DNA of 64,000 nucleotides from a virus (lineage: Duplodnaviria > Caudoviricetes): the IMG/VR virus record IMGVR_UViG_3300028410_000746; one strand, 5' to 3'. Position numbers and translations under genes: made by a program. Positions 27,528 through 35,643 of this stretch are shown here, piece by piece; positions within the stretch are counted from its first letter, which is position 1, and every line of letters begins with the position of its first letter. Below the pieces are notes generated by a model. It had not been told where the DNA came from and searched no databases. It saw only the letters and a list, made by a program, of their open reading frames with translations.

Positions 27528-27962
27528 TCACCAGTTGCGCCAATCGGTGTCCGCGTCCGAGGCATCCATCTCCCACCAGTTGTCCGAGGAATCAACCTCG
27601 TTGCTGGAGTCCTCGCCACCGGGGGTCGAGTTGCCGGGCGTCAGCTCCGGGTGGTCAATGAGCTGGTCGAACGTGTCGTCGCGGAAGTGATCCATGTAGG
27701 GCTCATCCGAGTCCATCTGGTTGTCCACGGGGCCCGCGTCGTCGAACGTGGACATGTAGTCCTCGTCCTTCTCGTGCTCGACCACATCAGCGTCACGACC
27801 GACCATGCGCTCAAGGCGATCCGACGACTGGTCCAGGGAGAGGGCGATCTCATACCCCTGAGCTGCCGTCATCCCGTACTGCGCGGGGTTCGACTGCACG
27901 GCGGTCGCCATACGGTCCATGTACTGCGTCAAGCGCTTAACGTCGGCCTTCTTGATGAACAT
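27528..27962 (-). CDS. acidic hypothetical protein
   Basis: 144 aa ORF, GAGG RBS. Confidence 0.7.
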   Translation of the reverse strand: MFIKKADVKRLTQYMDRMATAVQSNPAQYGMTAAQGYEIALSLDQSSDRLERMVGRDADVVEHEKDEDYMSTFDDAGPVDNQMDSDEPYMDHFRDDTFDQLIDHPELTPGNSTPGGEDSSNEVDSSDNWWEMDASDADTDWRNW

Positions 27963-28027
27963 TTCTTACCTCTTCGGAGGGTGTTAGTGGCGGCGACACA
28001 CCTGAGGCGTGCTCCCCGACCGGAAGT

Positions 28028-28041
28028 ATCAAAGGATTATT
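28028..28041 (-). promoter_or_regulatory. putative late-promoter motif AATAATCCTTTGAT
   Basis: 66 nt upstream of ATG 27962. Confidence 0.4.
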
Positions 28042-28045
28042 ACTG

Positions 28046-30145
28046 TCAAGTCGTGATACGCTTTAGGATCGTCAACAGGCGATCGTAGGTGGGCGCGTCG
28101 ATCATGCCTGCGTAGCGGTAGCCGCTGGCAGTCAGGATACCGAGGTCCAGGGCTGTGCCATAGAGAGAGTCCTCAGAAGCTCCCGGCATATCCCGCACAA
28201 ACGAGAGGCGATCCGTCTCCAGCCAAACCTTGGCCTCCGACAGGATCTCCGCGTAATCCTCGTTGAGCAGCGACATCGAACCCGACGGGAGCGTCCAGTT
28301 CGGAGACGGCGGCCTCTCCGAAACCGGCAAGCGACCGGGAAGGCCTCTGTACTGAGCCACGCGGTTGCGTCGAGAGAGTGCACGGGTGAAGCCGTCGGAG
28401 AAGGCCTGAGCTGTTTTGTTTGACTTCATGAGGTCCTCCAAGAGAGACGTAAAGAACGCAGCAAACGACGAGTCTACCGCCTCGGGGGTCTTGGTACTCT
28501 CCTGATCCTTCTTGCGGCGCGTCAAGTAGACCTTGACCTGCACCGGATCAAATACACGCGCTCGGCCCGGCTCCTCCGGAGAGAGGCGGAGCTGCTCAAA
28601 GTAACCCTTGGTCAAGAAGTCCGCTGTCAGCTCGTCCATAAGACGCTGCTTGAACGCGGGCTCCAGGATAGCCGTCGCAGCCTGAGTGTTCGGACCGATA
28701 TCGAGAGCCATACGGTAACCGGGTTCGTCCTTGACAAGCTCCACAAGGTCTTTATCGGATAGCTTGCGGATCTTCTCCACGAAATCAGATACCTGAGCCT
28801 CATCCGTAAAGTCGACCTCGGAGGGTTTCAGCCCATCTCCGCTCGCAGCCTCCAGACGAGACAGCACACGCCCATAGGTCGTCGTCTCATCCGGAGCCTT
28901 CTTGCGCGACAAGGATACAAGGGGCTCCTTCAGCTCCGTGTAATACTTCTGCGCGGAGGAGCCCTTCTCCGAGTCCTTGATGAGCGCATCAAGCTGGGCC
29001 ACACCTGCGTCCACATCCTTCTGAGAGGAGAAGAGGGCCGCCTGATACAGCTTGGGGCTATCGTAGTTGAGCTGGCGAACCAAGCCACGATCACTCAACG
29101 CGTTCAAGGCCTTCTTGTCGGGCAAGAGAGACTCAAGCGTGTTCTCCTCTCCCAGAGACGGGAGGTTACGCAGGCGAGCGCGCGCGCCCTCGAAGACTGA
29201 CTTCACCTGCTCGTAGTACATGCGCTGGACAGGGTTGTTCTCGAACCCGGCCTGCGTCAGCTTCTCGGAGACGTCCTGGAGCGCTGAATCGTGATCGTAC
29301 ACGTCCCAGTTGCTCGCATGGTCTTCCAGGACCTTCTTTGTGTCCGCGTCCAGCTCCCCACGAAACCCCTCAGGCATCTCGTCCATACCCTTGGGGTAGG
29401 AGGCCTTCTGCTCCATCATCACGCGCTGTGCAGCCTGAGCCTGCACCGAGTCCGGGTCATCCGAGACGCCCACATCATACAGGTCATCATAGGACGCACC
29501 TGAATCACGAAAGGCCTGCGCCTGTGTATCAATGAGCACCTGCCGCTGCTCTCCACGGGAGTCGTCGATATTATCTGGGACCACCTCCTCGCCAGAGACC
29601 TCCGGAACGTTGTCACGCATCTCGTTTAGAAGCTCTCGCTCCATGTCCGTGATCGCGTCATCGTCCTCCCCCTCTTCTCCTGCGTCACCGGACGCAGCCT
29701 CCGCGCTCTCTTCACCGGCATCAGCCTCCTCCGGCTCTTCACGGATCTTGAGCTGGCGAGGGTTCTTGGGCTTCTCCGCCTCACCCTCGGAGTCCTTTGC
29801 AGACTCATCCTCCTCGGAGCCGCCCTCCTCCGAGTCTTTGACCACGTGATCCTTACGGTCCGCACCTGGATGAGCCTCCTGATACGTGTCCCAGGCCTCC
29901 TCGGTGGCGAACTCAGCCCCCATGAACAGACGTGAGACACGCTGGGCGAGAGTCTCCCCACCAATGTCTTTGTAGTTGAGCGAGAGGTCCCTGTCCTTGC
30001 CGTCCGTGTCCTTGTCCTTGGGCTGGATGCGGCCGCGCTCCTTGTCCCGGCGAGGAGGCTTGTTCTTGGGAGAGGGACGCACCAAGCGCTCCGCCTCCTC
30101 TTGCTCGCGCTCCGCGTCGCTCTTCGTGGCTTTACGGTGTGTCAT
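28046..30145 (-). CDS. large putative head-associated protein
   Basis: About 700 aa directly downstream of the portal; basic N-terminus, acidic linker, RVSRLF and RVAQY motifs. Confidence 0.7.
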   Translation of the reverse strand: MTHRKATKSDAEREQEEAERLVRPSPKNKPPRRDKERGRIQPKDKDTDGKDRDLSLNYKDIGGETLAQRVSRLFMGAEFATEEAWDTYQEAHPGADRKDHVVKDSEEGGSEEDESAKDSEGEAEKPKNPRQLKIREEPEEADAGEESAEAASGDAGEEGEDDDAITDMERELLNEMRDNVPEVSGEEVVPDNIDDSRGEQRQVLIDTQAQAFRDSGASYDDLYDVGVSDDPDSVQAQAAQRVMMEQKASYPKGMDEMPEGFRGELDADTKKVLEDHASNWDVYDHDSALQDVSEKLTQAGFENNPVQRMYYEQVKSVFEGARARLRNLPSLGEENTLESLLPDKKALNALSDRGLVRQLNYDSPKLYQAALFSSQKDVDAGVAQLDALIKDSEKGSSAQKYYTELKEPLVSLSRKKAPDETTTYGRVLSRLEAASGDGLKPSEVDFTDEAQVSDFVEKIRKLSDKDLVELVKDEPGYRMALDIGPNTQAATAILEPAFKQRLMDELTADFLTKGYFEQLRLSPEEPGRARVFDPVQVKVYLTRRKKDQESTKTPEAVDSSFAAFFTSLLEDLMKSNKTAQAFSDGFTRALSRRNRVAQYRGLPGRLPVSERPPSPNWTLPSGSMSLLNEDYAEILSEAKVWLETDRLSFVRDMPGASEDSLYGTALDLGILTASGYRYAGMIDAPTYDRLLTILKRITT

Positions 30146-32084
30146 CGGTCTTGTCCTCGCGTTGCGTGTGAGATGCACTCATCATACGGCGCACCTGTTC
30201 CCCAAGCTGGGGATTCGACTGCAAGGCTCCTGTAATGTACGACGCCAGATCCTGGACGCTCGACGGGATAACCCCCGGCGACGGCTGCGAACCCTGTACC
30301 GACCCGAAGCGCGAGTTGGTGTCCTTGGGAGGGCTGTAGGACAGCTTGAGGTAGTCCGCAGTACGCTCCAGGAGATCGGTCTGCTCCGGAAGCGCGCGAC
30401 CAACCTCCGAGTAGGAGGACCTCAGGATCTCGTTGAAGAGCGAGTCGTTCATCGTCAAGAAGTCCTGACGCAGACGCTCCTCGACAGCCTGAGGGTCCAG
30501 GTTGAACAGCTCCAGGATGTACCCCACGCTCAAGCTGCCCTTCTGATACAGGTTGAACATCGCATCGAACGTGTCCCTGTTGTCTCGAAGGGCCAGACGC
30601 GTAAAGCTCAGCTCGGGGTAGAGCACCACCAAGTTGCCAAACTCGTCCACCTCCGTGTAGCCCTTCTTGATGGCCACGGGACGGAACAGGTTCTCCTCCA
30701 CGTACTGCTGGATACGCTCGCGATAGAGCATGTAGCGCGTGTTGATCACCTCGATGTTGATACGCTCGCCCGAGTAGCTCGACTCACCCGTGAGCATCGA
30801 CTGAGTGACACCCAGACCGGCAAAGAGCTGACGATCCGTAATGTCGTACTCACCCGCCAAGTCCAGGAGCCTGTCTCGGGCCGAGATCTCCTCCCAGGTG
30901 ACCTGGAAGTTGGTGATCAGCGAGTAATCCGGGTCCATGAGCAGGAGGTCAACCTGCTCGCGCAGATCCTCCACGTCCGCCAGGGACATGTCCTCCGCAT
31001 ACACGAGCCTCTTGGGCGTCATGGCCCTGGACGCAATGGAGGTCTGAGCTTGACGCAGCTTGTCTCGGTACACCAGGGTGCGCATCACCGACTGAAGAAT
31101 CGACTCGCCGTGATCCTTACCCGCTTGACGGTTGCGCGACAAGTGGTATACAAAGGAGCCCTTCTCCGGGTCTGTACCCAGGGGGAGGTTCATATCCTGA
31201 GAGATGTACTCAATGATCTGCTCCGGGACATCCTCCAGCGCCTCAATAGCGGACTCGTCCCCTGCCATGGCAGCCTTGACCAGACCTTGAGTGGCGCCGT
31301 CAGGGATCAGCTCGACCTTGTACTTGTGTGAAAAGGAGTACGTCTCCAGAGAGACCTGATCGGGCGGGAGGATGATCACCCGGTCCCAACCTCGATAGTG
31401 AGCCTGCCGGTACGTCGCGATGGCCTCTTCAGCATCGGACCGACGAACCACGCGCATGGACGTCTCCCCCGTCTCCGTGTCCAGATGGTTGAGGGTCTCG
31501 GTGAAGACGTACTCCGGAACCTCAGGCTCGGTGTCCTCCGCGAACAGGAAGGCCTCCCCGATCACGTAGAACTCTCGGGTCGCATCCACGAGGACGTTGA
31601 GGAGGTCTATCTTCTTGACCATCTCCTCGTAGAACCTCAGGATCTCGCGATTCTTCTTGGCGTCCGTGCCCTTGGGCATGGTCAAACGCAGCTTGGAGAG
31701 CGGCAGCTCCGTGTGGAGGATCACCGCCTGCTGGACGTAGGGATCGTTGTTGTAGAAGAAGCGGTAGTACGACCGCATCTCAGCAAGGTTTTGCGGAAGC
31801 TCCAGGAAGTCCGTAGAGAGCTGCGGGGAGTACACGTTGGTGGCGCTGCCCATCGTCACGCCCGCGCCCCCACCAAAGCCGCCGCCGCCGCCGCCGCCGC
31901 CGCCACCGAAGCCATAACCGTATGAGCCCGATCCCCCGATGTAGTTGGCTGTGCGGTTCAGACGCGACGCAATCCGAGAAGAAGGACGCACCTCGGCCAG
32001 ACCCTGCGACGCGATCACCTTGCGGACGTGGGACACCGAAGAGACAATCTCGGCCTGCTCATTCTGTTCACGCAACGTAGCCAT
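30132..32084 (-). CDS. portal protein
   Basis: 650 aa downstream of TerL; FYNNDPYVQQAVILHTELPLS..., GESILQSVMRTLVY, YPELSFTRLAL features; N-terminal poly-Gly. Confidence 0.8.
   Translation of the reverse strand: MATLREQNEQAEIVSSVSHVRKVIASQGLAEVRPSSRIASRLNRTANYIGGSGSYGYGFGGGGGGGGGGFGGGAGVTMGSATNVYSPQLSTDFLELPQNLAEMRSYYRFFYNNDPYVQQAVILHTELPLSKLRLTMPKGTDAKKNREILRFYEEMVKKIDLLNVLVDATREFYVIGEAFLFAEDTEPEVPEYVFTETLNHLDTETGETSMRVVRRSDAEEAIATYRQAHYRGWDRVIILPPDQVSLETYSFSHKYKVELIPDGATQGLVKAAMAGDESAIEALEDVPEQIIEYISQDMNLPLGTDPEKGSFVYHLSRNRQAGKDHGESILQSVMRTLVYRDKLRQAQTSIASRAMTPKRLVYAEDMSLADVEDLREQVDLLLMDPDYSLITNFQVTWEEISARDRLLDLAGEYDITDRQLFAGLGVTQSMLTGESSYSGERINIEVINTRYMLYRERIQQYVEENLFRPVAIKKGYTEVDEFGNLVVLYPELSFTRLALRDNRDTFDAMFNLYQKGSLSVGYILELFNLDPQAVEERLRQDFLTMNDSLFNEILRSSYSEVGRALPEQTDLLERTADYLKLSYSPPKDTNSRFGSVQGSQPSPGVIPSSVQDLASYITGALQSNPQLGEQVRRMMSASHTQREDKTDDTP
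31878..31904. repeat. (GCC)9 tract encoding poly-Gly in the portal N-terminus
   Basis: Seen directly. Confidence 0.9.
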
Positions 32085-32098
32085 TTAAAACTCTCCCT

Positions 32099-32479
32099 TC
32101 ACTGATTCAAAAACCGGCTCAGAATGCGCTCCAGGTCAAACTCAATCGTGTTTGCCTGTTCTGCCAACTTCCGGCTGTCCTGCTGCTGACGCTCACTACG
32201 ACGTGATCGACGCTCTTGCGCTCTTGTCCGAGCGCCAACGATCCGCCTCTTGAGACTGCGTACCATGCCCGCACCTTCAAGGCTTGAAGTCATTGATACA
32301 AAATTGCGAGCTTCCCGACGAACTTGACCCGACAGGTCTCGATCCTCTCGAACCATCTCATTGAGGTCCATGGTCATACGAGCAAGCGTGCGTGCTTCCC
32401 GAAGCATCGCAGCCTCTACACGCTCCATCTCACGCACGTGCGACTCGATCGCGTCAAAGTCTTCCTGGTCCATACTCAT
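32099..32479 (-). CDS. coiled-coil hypothetical protein
   Basis: 126 aa coupled ORF. Confidence 0.65.
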   Translation of the reverse strand: MSMDQEDFDAIESHVREMERVEAAMLREARTLARMTMDLNEMVREDRDLSGQVRREARNFVSMTSSLEGAGMVRSLKRRIVGARTRAQERRSRRSERQQQDSRKLAEQANTIEFDLERILSRFLNQ

Positions 32480-32703
32480 TTGCGTCCCTTGGACTTTTTC
32501 TCACTCAGGTACGCCCGGCAGCACTTCTTGAGCACCGTCCACGCCTCCGGATCACCCTTGGCCAACGCCTCCCAGGTTCCCCCCGCCTGCTCGTATAGCT
32601 CGACGACCTCATCGTACATGGCCTCCTCGCGAGACCCTACGCCCATCTTACGAAGAGCTTCGTCCACGCTCATGTGGCAAAAACGGTCATGCTGCTTGGG
32701 CAT
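32476..32703 (-). CDS. small hypothetical protein
   Basis: 75 aa ORF between TerL and portal. Confidence 0.55.
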   Translation of the reverse strand: MPKQHDRFCHMSVDEALRKMGVGSREEAMYDEVVELYEQAGGTWEALAKGDPEAWTVLKKCCRAYLSEKKSKGRK

Positions 32704-32706
32704 TGT

Positions 32707-34692
32707 TCATCTCCTGCGTCGGTTCCAGCGCTCGATCTGCTTCAAGCGACCTCCCCGCTGATCGGTGTAGTTGTTGTGCCGACTCTTTCGACGCTGATAG
32801 GAAGCCACCGACGTGGGACCCGAGGGCCGGTCATCCGAACCTCCCCGCGCGCCGCGACCCGCGATGGCCGTCTGTTTCCCCGTAGCCATGGCGCTGAGCC
32901 AGACCGAGCGAACCAGAGCATCCGAAAAGTCATCGTGCTTCCCATCGGTTTGGGGAGCCTCTACCTCGATGATCTTCTTGGACTTGCGCGTCGCCCGAAG
33001 CTCCAACAGCTCCGTGATGTAGGGAGCATTCTTGGCATCTCCGGCGTCGAGGACCGAGGAAGCGGTGTCGTTGTCGTCCTCCGTGTTCACGTCACGCATC
33101 ATGTAGTCGTACAGCTCAAGTTTACCATGATACATCAGGGCCTTGAATGCGTCGAACATCTGGGACGTGTGATCCTTGGTGAACTGCTTGGACTTGATCT
33201 GCTCCAGCCCCATCTTGTCCAGGGTCTGCTGGAAGCTCAGACCCTGCCACTGGTCGAACAGGCCTTCTCGGACGTAAAACTTGCGCGAGACCTCCTTGAC
33301 CCAGGCGGCCATCTCATCGAAGTCGAGCATGTCCACGTGGACGATCTCCCGCGCGTACGGGACCATCGGAGCCTGCAAGTGGGGGTTGAGGTCGTACCAG
33401 TCATGACCTGCCTGCCACTCCTCGTGGTAGATGAGGCGGATACCATCAGCTTCGGGACGGGTGAGCACGAGCGACGTACGGTCCGAGACCACAGCGAGGT
33501 CGAGCCCCATGTAGTGCGCCTGACGCGCGCGGCCACGAATCTCAGGCTTGAGGTCCTTGAGCACGCACACCATGAGGTCTCGCTTACGCTCGATCCACGA
33601 GCTAACACGGTCCGTGAACTCCGCACCAAACTCCGTCGCAAAGACCGTCGGATCGTTGGCCTGGAAGTCCTCCAGGAAGGAGATGGGGACCTGCGGGTTG
33701 ACCTCCCACGTCGGCGCCTGAATCATGAGGAGATCGCGAGCAGGTGGACCACCAGCCTTGGACTGCGAATACGAGTTGTAGAAGAGACCCGACTTCGCAG
33801 AAGGCGAAGAGATCATGATCACACGGCCCTCAGAATGCGACGTGAGGTTCGTCTGAGACTGATTGGGGTCCGAGGGCCCGAACGTAGCTACCGAGGGCGT
33901 GACGGCGCTGTAAACGGACTGAGCAGACGACCCGCCCTTGTCCTTGAAGAAGGCGACCTCATCCAGAATGACGACGATGTTGGCGTAACCACGGATACCT
34001 GAGCTGGACGAGGAGAAGAACCTGATCTGACAGCTCGCCCGGCCATCATCACGCGCCGAACCCGTCTCCTCGATGTCGTGAGGAGTCTGGAACCTCATGA
34101 ACGACTGCGTGTCGTGTGACAGAAAGGGCGTGAAGAAGTCACAGTTGACGAAGTGGTTGCGAATAGCGTTGTAGAGGATCTGAGACTGATCCTTGGTCGG
34201 AGCGACCGTGGACAGGGTGATCTCAGCACCCTCAGCCATCCCGTAGTACCGCTGCGGGTCAAACTTGCGCAGGAGCCGGTAGATCTCGTAAGCCCCGATG
34301 ATCGACGAGATGAAGGACTTGCCAGAACGTCGACCAATAGGGAGGATCAGTCGGTGCCGCTCGTGATCTGGCTCCCGGATGTTGCATCGGCCCTCATTGA
34401 AGAGGTAGCCCATGTACTCGGCTTCGGTGAAGTTGTGGAAATGCTCCGCCTTGGCCGAGTCTCCATCGCGCCAGTTCTTGGGGATGCGAATCGTACGCTC
34501 GGAGCTGTTCAGCTCCAGGTTGTAATAGCACTTGAGGATGAACTGCTGCACCGGGAACAAGCGGATACGCTCACTAGGACCCATGTTCAACCCAAACGGG
34601 CTCTCCACGAACTCCTGGATGTTCATGGCCGAAGGGGTTTCGTCGGCCGTACTACGGCGTCCGGCTCGGCTAAATAGGGTTGAAAGATCCAT
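32707..34692 (-). CDS. terL: terminase large subunit
   Basis: Walker A GRRSGKS, Walker B VVILDEVAF, motif III MISSP, nuclease YMGLDLA and KHDDFSDA. Confidence 0.92.
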   Translation of the reverse strand: MDLSTLFSRAGRRSTADETPSAMNIQEFVESPFGLNMGPSERIRLFPVQQFILKCYYNLELNSSERTIRIPKNWRDGDSAKAEHFHNFTEAEYMGYLFNEGRCNIREPDHERHRLILPIGRRSGKSFISSIIGAYEIYRLLRKFDPQRYYGMAEGAEITLSTVAPTKDQSQILYNAIRNHFVNCDFFTPFLSHDTQSFMRFQTPHDIEETGSARDDGRASCQIRFFSSSSSGIRGYANIVVILDEVAFFKDKGGSSAQSVYSAVTPSVATFGPSDPNQSQTNLTSHSEGRVIMISSPSAKSGLFYNSYSQSKAGGPPARDLLMIQAPTWEVNPQVPISFLEDFQANDPTVFATEFGAEFTDRVSSWIERKRDLMVCVLKDLKPEIRGRARQAHYMGLDLAVVSDRTSLVLTRPEADGIRLIYHEEWQAGHDWYDLNPHLQAPMVPYAREIVHVDMLDFDEMAAWVKEVSRKFYVREGLFDQWQGLSFQQTLDKMGLEQIKSKQFTKDHTSQMFDAFKALMYHGKLELYDYMMRDVNTEDDNDTASSVLDAGDAKNAPYITELLELRATRKSKKIIEVEAPQTDGKHDDFSDALVRSVWLSAMATGKQTAIAGRGARGGSDDRPSGPTSVASYQRRKSRHNNYTDQRGGRLKQIERWNRRRR

Positions 34693-34716
34693 AGCAAGTC
34701 ACTCCGTTTGGGGGGG

Positions 34717-35268
34717 TCAGTCCGAGTCTCCCCCGGACTTGACGTACTTCAACGCCTCACGCTCCCACCCCTCGAAAAGCTCCTGCATGACGTCGAAAAA
34801 GCGCTGGCGCATCTCGTCTTTCATTTCGACCTCATCACAAGCCGCTGAGATCTTGTCGACCCAGAACTTGAAGAGGAGTTGGAACGTGTTTGAGCTGAAG
34901 TCAAGAGACTCGCTCATAACCGTCTCGCGCTTCTTGAAGTAGGTGTCGATCACCGCCTTGATGGACGTGATCTTCTTGGCGCTGATGGTGGTGGTATCCT
35001 TGCCCTTGCGCTCGGCCTCTTGCCGCTCGAAGTCCAGGCTCCCCGCCTCCTTGGCCAGCTCCACCATGGCCACGTCCAGGACGTCCATGCTGTCTGGAGC
35101 CTCAATGAGCTGAGTGACCAGAGCGTCGTCGCGCAGATGGCGCTTCTTGTTGCGCATGAGCTGCGCGACGACCTCATCTACCGGCTCAATCGGGATCTTG
35201 GGAGGACGACCCCTGGGGCGCTTCTTATCAACCCGCTCCAGCGTCACAACCTGCAATTTGCTTCCCAT
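34717..35268 (-). CDS. putative terminase small subunit with an AT-hook
   Basis: Directly upstream of TerL; KRPRGRPPK AT-hook; helical; AGGAGG RBS. Confidence 0.5.
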   Translation of the reverse strand: MGSKLQVVTLERVDKKRPRGRPPKIPIEPVDEVVAQLMRNKKRHLRDDALVTQLIEAPDSMDVLDVAMVELAKEAGSLDFERQEAERKGKDTTTISAKKITSIKAVIDTYFKKRETVMSESLDFSSNTFQLLFKFWVDKISAACDEVEMKDEMRQRFFDVMQELFEGWEREALKYVKSGGDSD

Positions 35269-35298
35269 AACCAACCTCCTAAACAAAGAAAACGCAGC

Positions 35299-35622
35299 TC
35301 AGCGCAACGACGCCGCGACGCGCTTGAGAAGAGTCGCCTCTTCCTTGCGACCCAGGACCGAGAACATGACGCCCATCGCGTAGGTCATGAGGTAGGCCTG
35401 ACGACGCATCTCATCCGAATCCTGCTTGGTGACCGCGACAACAAACTTCGAGCCGCCCGCCTTGAGCTGGCTGCCCAACTCGCGAATCTTGCCCATCGCA
35501 TTGGCCTTCTTATCGGTCACCATATCCTCGCCCGAAGCGAGATGTGCGATCACGGGCTTGAGGTCCGCGCGAAGCTCGGGATGAGCGTTGCCGAGGTCGA
35601 TGAGTGCTTGCTTGGTGTTCAT
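35299..35622 (-). CDS. leader-tagged small protein
   Basis: Starts MNTKQALIDLGNAHPELRADLKPVIAHL. Confidence 0.7.
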   Translation of the reverse strand: MNTKQALIDLGNAHPELRADLKPVIAHLASGEDMVTDKKANAMGKIRELGSQLKAGGSKFVVAVTKQDSDEMRRQAYLMTYAMGVMFSVLGRKEEATLLKRVAASLR

Positions 35623-35643
35623 ATCAGGTCTCCAGTTGGGGAA

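Noticed and set aside
32707-34692. Inteins or introns in TerL, RNR, RecA or RecD2
   Set aside because: Motif spacing is continuous and no HN/C or HN/S intein ends were seen
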